The translations under genes were made by a program, and so were the position numbers. A stretch of 64,000 bases of DNA, taken from Orenia marismortui DSM 5156. Its GTDB lineage: Bacteria > Bacillota > Halanaerobiia > Halobacteroidales > Halobacteroidaceae. Shown one piece after another: positions 27,621-38,040 of the stretch (positions are counted from its first letter, which is position 1; every line of letters starts with the position of its first letter). The stretch is from NCBI RefSeq assembly GCF_000379025.1, contig NZ_KB900617.1:858820-922819 (forward strand). The letters are read 5' to 3'. The notes beneath the pieces are model-generated. The model did no database searches. It had not been told where the DNA came from and was given only the letters and a program-made list of their open reading frames with translations.

Positions 27621-30600
27621 TTATTGCTCTATCATTTCATCTTCATCTAATTTAGGTTTCCATAGTATTTGCAGATAATAACTAATAACTAAGAAGACTA
27701 CCCCAAATCCAATGAATAATAATATCTTCCAAATTGCTTCTACATTTGCTAAATCTATCATAAACAACTTTCCAACTACCACAAATAAGGTAGCTACTGC
27801 TGTACCTATAAACAATCTCTTATCTAATCTAAGCCCAAAAAGTAAGATACTTATCGCATATATTCCCCAAGCTACTGTTACAGATCCTTGCCCATTTGCT
27901 AAATGAACAAACTCTTTATAAAGTAATATTAACATACTCAAATAAGAGAAAAATCCATATACCAAGGCTTTAGTCTTATCACTTTCAAAATAAGCATAAA
28001 TTGCAATACAAAGTATTACTAAAATATCAGCTAAGGCCATTATATTAAGAATTGGTACTCCCAATCTTATTTTAAATATTCTATAAACTACCCAAACAGC
28101 TAATATAGCAAAAACAACTTGAGAAGAAAATTTAGCAGTTAAATCTAGACTTCTTTTAGCATCAAAATGTAGTAACAAACCTAGTATTGTCCAAGAGATA
28201 ATTATATAGCTATAACCATTATGCAGACCTTCAAACTCTCTGTAGAATATTCCTGCTAATAATAAAGCCGATAATAATTTGTAATACTTTAGCTCAATTT
28301 CTTTTCCGTATAATTTAATTGTTCCTCCTATAAGAGCTATGACAATTGCCTCTGTAATCACAGCAAAATTCAGTATTGGATAATCAACTAAGTTTAAAAA
28401 TATCCTAGCAGAAATCCAAAGAGCTAAAGCTCCAAAGACAAAGTCAGCACCTACCTCAAGATCAAAGTTATCTTTTCTTTTAGCAATAATATAAAGAATA
28501 GTTGCTTCTATTACCCAAACTAACATTGTATACTCATAACCCCTAATAAAATTAGATAGGAATTGATATGAACAAAGCAAGAATAAAATATGAGATAATA
28601 ATAAATAGAGATTCTTCATTCTCTTCTCAACAATTTTCTTTCCTACTAGCGCTATACTAACTAAAATAATAAAGTCTGTTAATACTCCAAAGCTAAGAGC
28701 AGGTAGATAACCACTTATTCTTGAACTTGCTCTAGCTACTATCCAAATACCTAAAATTGCAAAAACTAAATGGCTAAAATCATTTAAATAATTAAGCTTC
28801 TTCTTTTTAGCAATCAAATGTACTATTATTGCTTCAACAGTCCAAGCTAACATAATATAACTATAACCAAAAGTAATTAACCCTCTAAATAACCAAGCTA
28901 AAAATAGTAGATTAGCACCTACTAGATAATATCTCTTATCTACAGAGTTTAGCTTCTTAGATATATACACAGCACTTGCTATAATAAGCAGATTAACTAT
29001 AGAACCTATACTTATGAGTGATAAACTATCCCATCCTAAAGTTATTCTTAATCCTACCCATAAAGCCATTAAAATAAAGGTTAAATGGGCAGTTAACTTC
29101 AAATAATTGTAATTTTTAGACTTAGCTATTAAATGGACTATCAAGCCTTCTATTAACCAAGCTAAAAGTACATAATTATAAGCTAAAATTGATAATTCTC
29201 TAAATAACCATCCTAAGATCATAACTAAAGCAATTACCCTATAAAGAATTTTTTCTTCTCTCTTTATAATTTTACTTATGCCTAAAGCTGAAGTAATAAT
29301 TAATAAATCTACTAAAGCGGTCAAATTAAAAACAGGTGTTGTTAGATAATAATAACTAAAGCCTCTTATTAATCTATAACCTAAGATCACTCCTAAAATC
29401 ATAAATACATAATGAGCACTTAAGGTCATAAATCTATCAGAATCTCGATAAGCCAAAATATGAATAATAACTGCTTCTAAGACCCAAGCAATCATCACAT
29501 AATTGTAGCCTGGAAGTGCTGATAATTCCCGCCATGCTAAACCAAAAGCAGCTAGATAACTTCCAATCTTATAAAGAGTATTATTTTTGCTTTTAACATT
29601 ATCTAAGCTGGACATTATAAATCCAACAGCAATGATTATAATATCAGCTAATGACTGCATATTAAAGACGACCATTCCATTAACTGTTTCTGTTATAAAC
29701 CAGTACCCACGCCATAATAGTAACGCTCCAAAAACTAGATGTGAAGCATTCTTAAGCAGTTTATTATCATACTTTTTCGCAATTATATACTCTGCTAAAG
29801 CTTCAGCTGCCCAAGCAATAGCAATTAGGTGATATCCGTTTGGAACTGGTGAAAGTTCACGCCATAATAGAGTTAAGATTGCTAAATGACCAAAGAATAA
29901 TTTATAGATCTGTGATACCCTTTTATCCTTAATATTTTTAGTAGTAACTAATCCACATATAATAATTACTATATCAACTATGGCTTGAGTATTTAAAATA
30001 GGAAGACCTATTAAATCATTCATAGCTAATCTTAATCCTAGCCAAATAGCTACAACTACAAAGATTAAATGAGACATTAAATTCATAATCTTATCTTTAA
30101 GTTTAATTGACACTAATATCAATGCTGTTGTTTCTAATGCTAAAGCTGCAATCAAAGTATTCCCCTCTACCAAAATAATCAATGTCATAGTAAGTAATAC
30201 AAAAGCCATTAGAATATGTACATACTCTAACTTTTCTTTTACTTTAATTTTTTTAAGAATGAAAGCAACTGCCTGATAAACTACACTTCCAGCTAAAGCA
30301 ATTCCCCCCCACCTTAAGCTACTATTTCCTAAATCCCAAATTCTATAACCAACCTTCCAAAGCTTCATTGAATATAACAATGAGATTAATGGAGTTATAA
30401 TTACTAATAGATTCACATGCCTATTTACAAAAGCCATCATATCCTCTGAAAGATGATCCTTTAAAAAATCTAAACTAGGTTTAGACCATTTATTTTTATT
30501 CTTTGACCATAAAACCTCACGTAATACTGGAATAATCCAATATATAAGCCAAAAGAATACAATTGCTACCTGAACTGCTCTTCTTTCCGCATAACTTATA

Positions 30601-31835
30601 TCACCAATTAAACCTAAAGAGATTAAAGGCCAACCTCCTAATACAGATACCCATAACAATAAAGGCCATCCTTTATATAAGTAGACCAAAGATGTTCCAC
30701 CTACAATAAAACATAGATATAACATTAAGTTAACTAAGCTTCCCTCTCCACTGTATAATAAAAATGGAGTTCCTACTCCACCAACAAAACCTATTAAAGC
30801 TAATACAACCTCTTCTTGCCTAATTGATAGGTAATAAGCATATAATGTTACTGCTAACATAAATACGAAGGCAAGTAAATAAGGAACTATTTCATATAAT
30901 TGAAAGGCTGCAAAACCACTAGCATATAAGGCCGCAATCCCTCCTCCAATTAGCACCTGCCCAAATCTTGCTCGCTTACTATACACTCTAAGTCCTATAA
31001 CTTCAAGGGTAATTCCTATTGCCAAGCCTATACCAACCTTAATCTGTGGTGTAACCCATCCCTGATTAAGTGAATACTTAAATAAAAATATAATCCCTAA
31101 TAATAATAATCCAATCCCTATCTTATTTAACCAATATTCAAAACTAAGCATCTTTTCAAAATCAAATTTTGATCTCTTACTCCAAATAGCTCTATCAAAG
31201 GGCTCAATCACCTTTCCTCTTAACATTTCTTTAAACTTTTTCATTCTGTCTGCTCGTTCTTGTTTAACCTCTTCATCAAGTTGATTTAATCTTTGCTCAA
31301 CACTTGTATCACTTTTAATATTATCGTCTAGATGATTATCCTCTTCTTCTTTTACAGCAAATTGCTTCCAATAATCCTCCTTTGAACTATCTTGGAGATT
31401 ATTAACTTCTTCCTTTGTCTTAACTATAGTCTGCTCCTCTATATTATCTACTGTAGTATCTGATTCTTCTTCAGTATCAGCCTCTTCTTCTACTTCTATT
31501 GCAATACTAGTTTTATCTTCTATACCAGCCGCTGTGACATCTACTTTCTCTTTTTTCTTATCTTCTATAATCTCTTCTTTTATAACTTCTCCTTTTTCTG
31601 TTTCATCTACTGCCTTTTGCATTTCTTCATTTTCTAATTCTACCTTTTCCAATTCTTCTCTAACTGAACTTTCTTTTAATAATTGTCCATCAATTTTTTC
31701 TTTAAAATTACTAAATTCTATAACTTCACTCTTTAAATATCTAACTTCCTTTCTTAAATTTTTAATCTCATTACTTAAATTAATTAAAATAATTATAAAA
31801 ATAATAATTAATATAAAAGAAAACACTATCCCCAC
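27621..31835 (-). CDS. Giant (1404 aa) modular membrane protein, DUF2339-like. An N-terminal TM helix, coiled coil and acidic linker are followed by at least 9 tandem multi-TM modules.
   Basis: The motif '...LxxxxHLxFxxLxLWxxxR...GYxxxMxAWxxEAxxxHxIAKxK' recurs about every 90-100 aa. Confidence 0.6.
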   Translation of the reverse strand: MGIVFSFILIIIFIIILINLSNEIKNLRKEVRYLKSEVIEFSNFKEKIDGQLLKESSVREELEKVELENEEMQKAVDETEKGEVIKEEIIEDKKKEKVDVTAAGIEDKTSIAIEVEEEADTEEESDTTVDNIEEQTIVKTKEEVNNLQDSSKEDYWKQFAVKEEEDNHLDDNIKSDTSVEQRLNQLDEEVKQERADRMKKFKEMLRGKVIEPFDRAIWSKRSKFDFEKMLSFEYWLNKIGIGLLLLGIIFLFKYSLNQGWVTPQIKVGIGLAIGITLEVIGLRVYSKRARFGQVLIGGGIAALYASGFAAFQLYEIVPYLLAFVFMLAVTLYAYYLSIRQEEVVLALIGFVGGVGTPFLLYSGEGSLVNLMLYLCFIVGGTSLVYLYKGWPLLLWVSVLGGWPLISLGLIGDISYAERRAVQVAIVFFWLIYWIIPVLREVLWSKNKNKWSKPSLDFLKDHLSEDMMAFVNRHVNLLVIITPLISLLYSMKLWKVGYRIWDLGNSSLRWGGIALAGSVVYQAVAFILKKIKVKEKLEYVHILMAFVLLTMTLIILVEGNTLIAALALETTALILVSIKLKDKIMNLMSHLIFVVVAIWLGLRLAMNDLIGLPILNTQAIVDIVIIICGLVTTKNIKDKRVSQIYKLFFGHLAILTLLWRELSPVPNGYHLIAIAWAAEALAEYIIAKKYDNKLLKNASHLVFGALLLWRGYWFITETVNGMVVFNMQSLADIIIIAVGFIMSSLDNVKSKNNTLYKIGSYLAAFGLAWRELSALPGYNYVMIAWVLEAVIIHILAYRDSDRFMTLSAHYVFMILGVILGYRLIRGFSYYYLTTPVFNLTALVDLLIITSALGISKIIKREEKILYRVIALVMILGWLFRELSILAYNYVLLAWLIEGLIVHLIAKSKNYNYLKLTAHLTFILMALWVGLRITLGWDSLSLISIGSIVNLLIIASAVYISKKLNSVDKRYYLVGANLLFLAWLFRGLITFGYSYIMLAWTVEAIIVHLIAKKKKLNYLNDFSHLVFAILGIWIVARASSRISGYLPALSFGVLTDFIILVSIALVGKKIVEKRMKNLYLLLSHILFLLCSYQFLSNFIRGYEYTMLVWVIEATILYIIAKRKDNFDLEVGADFVFGALALWISARIFLNLVDYPILNFAVITEAIVIALIGGTIKLYGKEIELKYYKLLSALLLAGIFYREFEGLHNGYSYIIISWTILGLLLHFDAKRSLDLTAKFSSQVVFAILAVWVVYRIFKIRLGVPILNIMALADILVILCIAIYAYFESDKTKALVYGFFSYLSMLILLYKEFVHLANGQGSVTVAWGIYAISILLFGLRLDKRLFIGTAVATLFVVVGKLFMIDLANVEAIWKILLFIGFGVVFLVISYYLQILWKPKLDEDEMIEQ

Positions 31836-32696
31836 CCCTTATCTTATTATTAGCTATCTACTTATAACACTCTCTTAAACAACTATATAAGCTGAACTAA
31901 TAATTTTCATAAAAAATATAACTAAAAAACTTGTTTTGTTACAAATTTAACTAATCTACACGAATAATTTTAAAAAATTAAATTATATATAGAACATAAG
32001 AAAGAATTTAAATTTACTTAGAAACAAATTGAAACCCAAGCTTTTTTTGACGCTGATTAAAACCTGATTAAGTTCTGACCTTATTTATTCCGTTAGCTAA
32101 TAGCCAATAGCTAACATACCTGCGTAAATCACCCAAGAGTACTTCCTCAGTCATTCCTCTCTGGGTTTGGACAGATCCCCCTTCATGAAATTTAAATTTT
32201 AGGTATATAAATTAATTCTTCAGTCCTTTATTCGTATTAATTCGTGGCTAAAAATTATTTTAGTAAATACTTATGTTTTAATGAAATTTTTTAAATTCAA
32301 TCTATATAATAAGAAAAGTCAAATCAATCTATAACTTTAATTCATCAAAATAAGCTAATTACTGAAATATAACGGAAGTTAAAATTTTACAATTAAAATT
32401 ATAGCAATTATTTCATCAAAAATCAATTTTATCTTATGTGATTATAAATTGTAATATGATGATTAAAAAAGATATTGCGACAATTTTAGCTTCTGGCTGT
32501 TGGCTACTAACCGCTGGCTTAGAGCTTATAAAAACAATACTAATAGCTAGAGGCTAACAGCTATAAGCTAGTGGCCAAAGTATCTCTTTATACTCAAAAT
32601 ATAACTCTCTTATTGACTCAAAAATCATTTTGAATAATTTGACAATACGATATTATACATGTATAATATATAACAAGTAGAATATAAATTAAAGGA

Positions 32697-33251
32697 GTGA
32701 TACTTATCTCTTTAAAACATGGAATCTTAGGATTATTATCCTACAATGATATGACAGGATATGATTTGAGTAAATACTTTGATCAATCTCTTCAATTCTT
32801 CTGGAGTGCACAAAAAAGCCAGATCTATCGAGATCTTGGTAACCTTGAAGAAAAAGAATTTGTAGTATCCAAAATAGTCCATCAAGAAGGTAAACCAGAT
32901 AAAAAGCTTTATTCAATCACTAAAAATGGAGAAGAAGAATTAGTCAATTGGATTAATCAATATTCTTTTGAAGATTCAATGAAAATCAGAGATTCTTTTT
33001 TGATGAGAATATTTTTCAGCGCTAAAGGAAATAACCAAAATTTAAAAATAGCATTACAGGAATATATTCAACAGCATCAAATCTATCTAGATAACTTAGA
33101 TAATATAAAAAAGAAGTATATTAAAGAAGATTATCTAGGAGATAGTAATGACTATATTTATTGGGCGATGAGTATAAAAAAAGGATACTATAACTTTAAA
33201 GCCAATATTGAATGGGCTAATGATATTTTAGAGATGTTAGATAACTTATAG
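32697..33251 (+). CDS. PadR-family transcriptional regulator (GTG start).
   Basis: Winged-HTH PadR motif '...MTGYDLSKYF...WSAQKSQIYRDLGNLEEKEFV...KLYSITKNGEEEL'. Confidence 0.8.
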   Translation: MILISLKHGILGLLSYNDMTGYDLSKYFDQSLQFFWSAQKSQIYRDLGNLEEKEFVVSKIVHQEGKPDKKLYSITKNGEEELVNWINQYSFEDSMKIRDSFLMRIFFSAKGNNQNLKIALQEYIQQHQIYLDNLDNIKKKYIKEDYLGDSNDYIYWAMSIKKGYYNFKANIEWANDILEMLDNL

Positions 33252-33254
33252 GAG

Positions 33255-34922
33255 GTGGATAATTTGGAGAATATATTAATCTTAAATGGTAGTCCACGAG
33301 GAAAGAAAGGTAACACAGCTAAGTTAGTTGATAATTTTATTACAGGTCTTAAAGAAGAGAGTTCTAATCTTATTATTGAAAATATTGAATTATACAAGAA
33401 GAATATCAATTCTTGTACAGGATGCTTTTCTTGCTGGAATAAGACTCCTGGTAAATGTATTTTTAATGATGATATGAAAGATCTAATTTCTAGTTATGTT
33501 AATGCAGATTTGGTAATTTGGGCTACCCCACTTTATCATTTCGGAATGACTTCTATAATGAAAAGGTTCACTGAAAGAACCTTGCCAATTAATAAACCAG
33601 ATATAGTGAAATATGATGAAACTTATACCCACCCTCAAAGATATGATATGAATAATAAAAAAAATATACTAATATCTACTGCTGGTTTTCCTGAAGCTCA
33701 TAACTTTGAAGTATTAATAGATCAGCTAAACAAAATAACTGGAGGCAAAGTTAGTGAAAGTATTCTAACTGTCATGGGGGAACTATTATCAGTCAAAGCC
33801 TTAGAAAACAGAATATCCTGGTATTTAGATGCTGTTCAGCAAGCAGGTAAAGAATTTATATCACAAGGCTCCTTAAACAAAAAAACAAAAGATCTTTTGA
33901 AAAAAGAATTAGTTCCTATCGACGATTTTGTTGAAATGGCTAATTTAACTCAGAAAACAGAAGAAAAAATCACAACAGAAAAATCACAAAAAGGATATAA
34001 TCTATTAAAGTTGATGGGCCATAGCTTTGTTCCCAATAATGCAAATGGCATTGATGCTATTTTAGAGATGGAATTTACAGACTTGAATGAAAGCAACCAC
34101 TTTATTATTAAAGATAACAGCTGTCAACTAAAAAAGGGGCCTAGTAATAACTTTAGTGCTAAGATCATTACAGGCTATGAGATTTGGCAAAAGATTTCTC
34201 AAGGAGACTTAGATGGACCTCAAGCAATGATGGATGGACTTTATAAAATAGAAGGAGATTTTGATTTGATTCAAAAATTAGACAGAATCTTTGGTTCATC
34301 TAAGGGAAAACAAGATAATAAAAATCAAAAAATAAATATAGATTCCCGATTAGTTGGTCAAAAAGCAATGGGAATCTCCTTTATTCCTTGGGTCTTCTCT
34401 TGGATCTTCATTGAATCAAATCTCTTAGCAGGAGTTTTATTACCTCTATTACTTAGTTTAGGACTGGTTGCTATCAAAAAGAAAAAATATGAGCTTACTT
34501 ATTTTGAAAAAATGAACACTCTATATTTCTCAATCTTATCCATTATTAGTCTTTTTGATTATCAGCTATTAAGTAATATAGGCATTGAGCTTAACTACTT
34601 TGCAGTAGCTTCAATCTGGGGTCTATCAGTCTTATTTAACACTGCTTTGACCAGCGATTATTCAAAGTATGACTATGAAGAAGATCTAGAAGATAATCCT
34701 ATATTTATTAAAACCAATGATATTCTAACTCTATTTTGGGCATTAATGTTTGTTGGTCAAGGTGTAGCTATGATTATTTTAAAGAATTATAGCTATTTAA
34801 AATACTCTCCACTACTATATATATTAATTTTAGTAGCCATTAAATTTACTAATTACTTTTCCAAGAAATATCCTGAATATATTGCAAAAGGAAAGCTTAA
34901 AAAAAATATCTTCTCCTCTTAA
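33255..34922 (+). CDS. Flavodoxin-like NAD(P)H-dependent FMN reductase / iron-sulfur flavoprotein domain fused to an SCP2 domain and a C-terminal multi-TM region (555 aa).
   Basis: N-terminal 'ILILNGSPRGKKGNT...CTGCFSCW' region; central SCP2-like segment '...GDLDGPQAMMDGLYKIEGDFDLIQKL'; about 4 TM helices at the C-terminus. Confidence 0.55.
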   Translation: MDNLENILILNGSPRGKKGNTAKLVDNFITGLKEESSNLIIENIELYKKNINSCTGCFSCWNKTPGKCIFNDDMKDLISSYVNADLVIWATPLYHFGMTSIMKRFTERTLPINKPDIVKYDETYTHPQRYDMNNKKNILISTAGFPEAHNFEVLIDQLNKITGGKVSESILTVMGELLSVKALENRISWYLDAVQQAGKEFISQGSLNKKTKDLLKKELVPIDDFVEMANLTQKTEEKITTEKSQKGYNLLKLMGHSFVPNNANGIDAILEMEFTDLNESNHFIIKDNSCQLKKGPSNNFSAKIITGYEIWQKISQGDLDGPQAMMDGLYKIEGDFDLIQKLDRIFGSSKGKQDNKNQKINIDSRLVGQKAMGISFIPWVFSWIFIESNLLAGVLLPLLLSLGLVAIKKKKYELTYFEKMNTLYFSILSIISLFDYQLLSNIGIELNYFAVASIWGLSVLFNTALTSDYSKYDYEEDLEDNPIFIKTNDILTLFWALMFVGQGVAMIILKNYSYLKYSPLLYILILVAIKFTNYFSKKYPEYIAKGKLKKNIFSS

Positions 34923-35147
34923 TTCTACAATAGAAGAATGAACAGATATAAAATAGCATAAGAAAGATTTCAACAATTCTTCAAGAAACGATAGTAATAA
35001 AGTATAACCTGAAGGTCTTCCTAAAGGATAACCTTACTAAAGTATGACCCAAAGAACAGTCCTTAATACTACTTCAATCTTGCGCAATTAAAATTGGAGA
35101 ATCAGTGTTAAAAACACTATGCTTTGATTAAAATTGGAGGTGATTTT

Positions 35148-36110
35148 ATGAAAAGAGCTAGTAGTAGCTTATATTTATTAATTATATTAATTCTTTTGTT
35201 AATTGGAGTGTTAGAGGTTAATGCTATGAGCAAAAAAACTTATGCTAAGTCTACTTTAAAAATTAAGGTAGCTAATGGCAAAGATTTCAGTGTAGTAGGA
35301 AATGTTAAGATCGTTGATGACTTTCAAATGACTCCGCTAGATAGAAAGAGAAGAATCTGGATATACCTGCCACCTGATTATAATCAAAGTAATAAAAGAT
35401 ATCCTGTTCTTTATATGCATGATGGTCAAAAGGTCTTTGATATGCCTGTAGGACATCGTGTAGAATGGGAGGTAGATGAAAGTCTGGAGAGATTATTTAA
35501 CGAGAATAAGACTGATGGAGTAATCGTAGTAGCAGTAGAGCACGGAGGGGAAAGCGGGAATTATTATAGATATCGTGAATACGCTCCTTGGAGCATTTAT
35601 AATAGTCAAGGAGAAGCTCCTCCAGTAGAGGCAGATGATTATGTAGAGTTTATCGTTAGTAAATTAAAACCTTATATCGATAACAATTATAGAACATTGA
35701 AAGAACGTGAGCATACTGGAATCGCTGGTTCTTCTTTAGGAGGATTGATCTCTTTATATGCAGGGCTTAAATATCCAAATGTATTCTCTAAAATAGGTGC
35801 TTTTTCCCCATCTTTATGGGTTGGTTATAATGAGTCTAGTAAAGGAAATGGAATGATCTTTGATTGGATACAAACTAGAGAAATACAAGAAGAGATGAAG
35901 ATATATCTCTATGTGGGGGGACAAGAAGTTGGTGGTAATTTAGAACAAAGCAAGTTCTTTAGGAATAATGTAGTTTCCTTTTATAATTTGTTACAACAGA
36001 TAGGTTTTAAGAAAGATGATTTAAAGCTAGTAATAGATGAAGAGGGCAATCATTATGAAAACTACTGGGCAAAATATTTTCCAAAAGCCTATCTCTGGTT
36101 ATTTGAATAG
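35148..36110 (+). CDS. Secreted alpha/beta-hydrolase esterase of the enterochelin-esterase-like 'putative esterase' family.
   Basis: Signal peptide; 'GSSLGG' nucleophile elbow; start moved to the ATG preceded by the SD 'ggaggtga'. Confidence 0.7.
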   Translation: MKRASSSLYLLIILILLLIGVLEVNAMSKKTYAKSTLKIKVANGKDFSVVGNVKIVDDFQMTPLDRKRRIWIYLPPDYNQSNKRYPVLYMHDGQKVFDMPVGHRVEWEVDESLERLFNENKTDGVIVVAVEHGGESGNYYRYREYAPWSIYNSQGEAPPVEADDYVEFIVSKLKPYIDNNYRTLKEREHTGIAGSSLGGLISLYAGLKYPNVFSKIGAFSPSLWVGYNESSKGNGMIFDWIQTREIQEEMKIYLYVGGQEVGGNLEQSKFFRNNVVSFYNLLQQIGFKKDDLKLVIDEEGNHYENYWAKYFPKAYLWLFE

Positions 36111-36367
36111 TTAAATTCATCATCTAAATTGCAGGTTGGTATTTTAGCTGCTAAATTACACTTTAATTTAAAAATAAGTAATTGGTGCTAACCATAACTA
36201 TAGTTAGCGACTTTGGATGAAGTCTTTAAAATTATAAACAAAAGAAATGCATATTATCCTAAAGATTATAAATATAAAAGTAGCATTTTAGGTCAAGTTA
36301 TAGGGGATATCGAAATAGTAGGTAAAAATAATGGAACTTAAACAGAATTATGTCTAAAGAAAGGAAG

Positions 36368-36400
36368 AGGCTCTAGCTAGAGCCTCTTCCTTTCTTTAAA
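36368..36400. terminator. Bidirectional terminator, perfect palindrome 'gaagaggctctagctagagcctcttc'.
   Basis: Direct reading of the sequence. It lies between the converging esterase and ferredoxin genes. Confidence 0.7.
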
Positions 36401-37213
36401 CTAATTTTTCAGCTCACCATCAATACTAATTGTAACAATTTCTACTTCTAAATCTGATTCAGCTTTTCTAACTGCTTCTTCTGCAATTCTTACCATTCCA
36501 CCACAGCAAGGAACTTCCATCCGAGCCACAGTAATACTATTTAAATCATTATTTGCAATAATAGAGGTTAATTTATTTACATAAGCCTGCCCATCATCTA
36601 GCTTCGGACAGCCCATTGCTACTGCTTTTCCTTTTAATAATTTCTGATGATAATTTGCATAAGCAATTGGAACACAATCAGCGGTAATTAATAAATCGGC
36701 ATTTTTAAAATATGGAGCCATTGGAGGTACTAAGTGAATTTGAACTGGCCATTGTTGTAATTCAGATTGAATTTCTACATTATTATTATCCTTTGAATCT
36801 TTATCCATAACCTTCATTTGCTTACCTGGACATCCACCCTTAGCCTTCTTCATTACTCTCATTCTACTTCCTGGACAGCCTCCACTACTATGATTTGAAG
36901 ATGAATCAGAATTATTAGCTTCATGCTCTTTTTGGGCTTCCATCATTTCTTCTACTGCCTCTTCACCTCTTAAACTTCTAACATGTTCTGCCGTTGCATC
37001 TAAGTCAAACTCTTTAGCTTCCCGTTCTGTAATAACTAAAGCACCTGTTGGACATTCACCTATACAATCACCAAAGCCATCACAAAAACTCTCATTTACC
37101 AACTTTGCCTTACCATTCACAATCTGTAATGCTCCTTCATGACAACCTGTTACACATAAACCACAACCATTACATTTATCTTCATCAATTTCAATAATCT
37201 GTCTTGTAGCCAT
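36401..37213 (-). CDS. 4Fe-4S dicluster ferredoxin-domain protein with a Cys-rich C-terminal domain ('...PCCGGM...').
   Basis: Motifs 'CNGCGLCVTGC' and 'CDGFGDCIGECP'. Confidence 0.6.
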   Translation of the reverse strand: MATRQIIEIDEDKCNGCGLCVTGCHEGALQIVNGKAKLVNESFCDGFGDCIGECPTGALVITEREAKEFDLDATAEHVRSLRGEEAVEEMMEAQKEHEANNSDSSSNHSSGGCPGSRMRVMKKAKGGCPGKQMKVMDKDSKDNNNVEIQSELQQWPVQIHLVPPMAPYFKNADLLITADCVPIAYANYHQKLLKGKAVAMGCPKLDDGQAYVNKLTSIIANNDLNSITVARMEVPCCGGMVRIAEEAVRKAESDLEVEIVTISIDGELKN

Positions 37214-37423
37214 ATTAATCTCCTCCTTAAAAATTCAATTTATCCTAAACTATTTTATATAAAATTGCATTTGTTATCAATAAACTCTTAACTTAATTAA
37301 ATTATAATCCTTTTCTAATCTTACTTCTGTGAAGAGTATCACATAGAGTAAATTTGATTAATTTTAAATTTTAATTGTGGTTATAATAGTTATATATTTA
37401 GCTAAACAAAGGAGGTAATTGTA

Positions 37424-37645
37424 GTGAAGAAGAAGGTATATCTTGAAAATATAGAATCAGAAGAAGATTTAGATCTAATTAAAGGGAATTTAAAAGAAAT
37501 AGATGAAATTAAATTTGTTAATGTAGATGCTAAAGATAATAGCATCACTGCTACACTAAAAAAGCAGATTACTGATCAAAAGATTAAAGAAGGAATCAAG
37601 ACTGTTAGTGACTGTCATGTAGAAAAAATTTATGATTTAGACTGA
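37424..37645 (+). CDS. Small hypothetical protein (73 aa). GTG start preceded by the SD 'aaaggaggtaa'.
   Basis: Strong SD, with a near-perfect 44-bp palindromic terminator immediately after the stop. Confidence 0.4.
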   Translation: MKKKVYLENIESEEDLDLIKGNLKEIDEIKFVNVDAKDNSITATLKKQITDQKIKEGIKTVSDCHVEKIYDLD

Positions 37646-37689
37646 AATAACCTAACTAAGGATTAGCTAATCCTTAGTTAGGTTATTTT
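37646..37689. terminator. Near-perfect 44-bp palindrome 'aaataacctaactaaggattagctaatccttagttaggttattt' (bidirectional terminator).
   Basis: Direct reading of the sequence. Confidence 0.75.
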
Positions 37690-37699
37690 TATTTTAATT

Positions 37700-38040
37700 T
37701 ATAATTTATCTCTTAGCTCTTCTATTTCATCTCTAATTTGGGCTGCTAACTCGAACTACAAGTTTGCCCTACGAGTCTTAAAAATCCAAGACTCTTCGTA
37801 AGAGTTCAATCATCATAGTTTAGTGCGTAACTCCTCAATCTCGTCCCTTATCTGAGCTGCCAGTTCAAACTCAAGGTTCTTCCTACGAGTTTTTAAAATA
37901 CGAAAAACTCTCCGTGACTATTAAGTTTACAACTTATTTCTTAATTCTTTAATTTCATCGCGAATCTGTGCCGCTAACTCAAATTCTAAATTCGCCCTAC
38001 GAGTCTTAAAAATCCAAGACTCTTCGTAAGAGTTCAATCA
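37700..38040 (-). repeat. Array of three relic copies of the uvrB 3' end, each about 63 bp encoding a UVR-motif tail. Two of the three carry an intact stop and downstream hairpin; the outermost copy (A) has only a conserved tail.
   Basis: The copies at 37700-37762, 37812-37876 and 37928-37990 encode '(stop)[18 protein letters not shown]', '[20 protein letters not shown]' and '[20 protein letters not shown]', compared with the real tail '[20 protein letters not shown]'. Hairpins occur at 37763-37811, 37877-37927 and 37991-38040. Confidence 0.85.

Noticed and set aside
27712-31878. Plus-strand ORFs 27712..27906, 29587..29832 and 31534..31878.
   Set aside because: They lie antisense inside the 1404-aa membrane protein gene.
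32090-32200. A tRNA or small RNA in the GC-richer patch.
   Set aside because: No T-loop (GTTCGAATC-like) is present and no cloverleaf can be drawn. There is not enough evidence.
32455-32556. 33-aa hydrophobic mini-ORF (MMIKKDIATILASGCWLLTAGLELIKTILIARG).
   Set aside because: No Shine-Dalgarno sequence lies upstream. It sits in a repeat-containing spacer and is likely fortuitous.
32704-33409. Minus-strand ORFs 32704..32916 and 33188..33409.
   Set aside because: They lie antisense to padR and the start of the flavoprotein gene.
37812-37927. uvrB-tail relic copy B as a translated minigene.
   Set aside because: Its reading frame runs back only to a TAG with no ATG, GTG or TTG start, so it is untranslated despite a perfectly conserved peptide.
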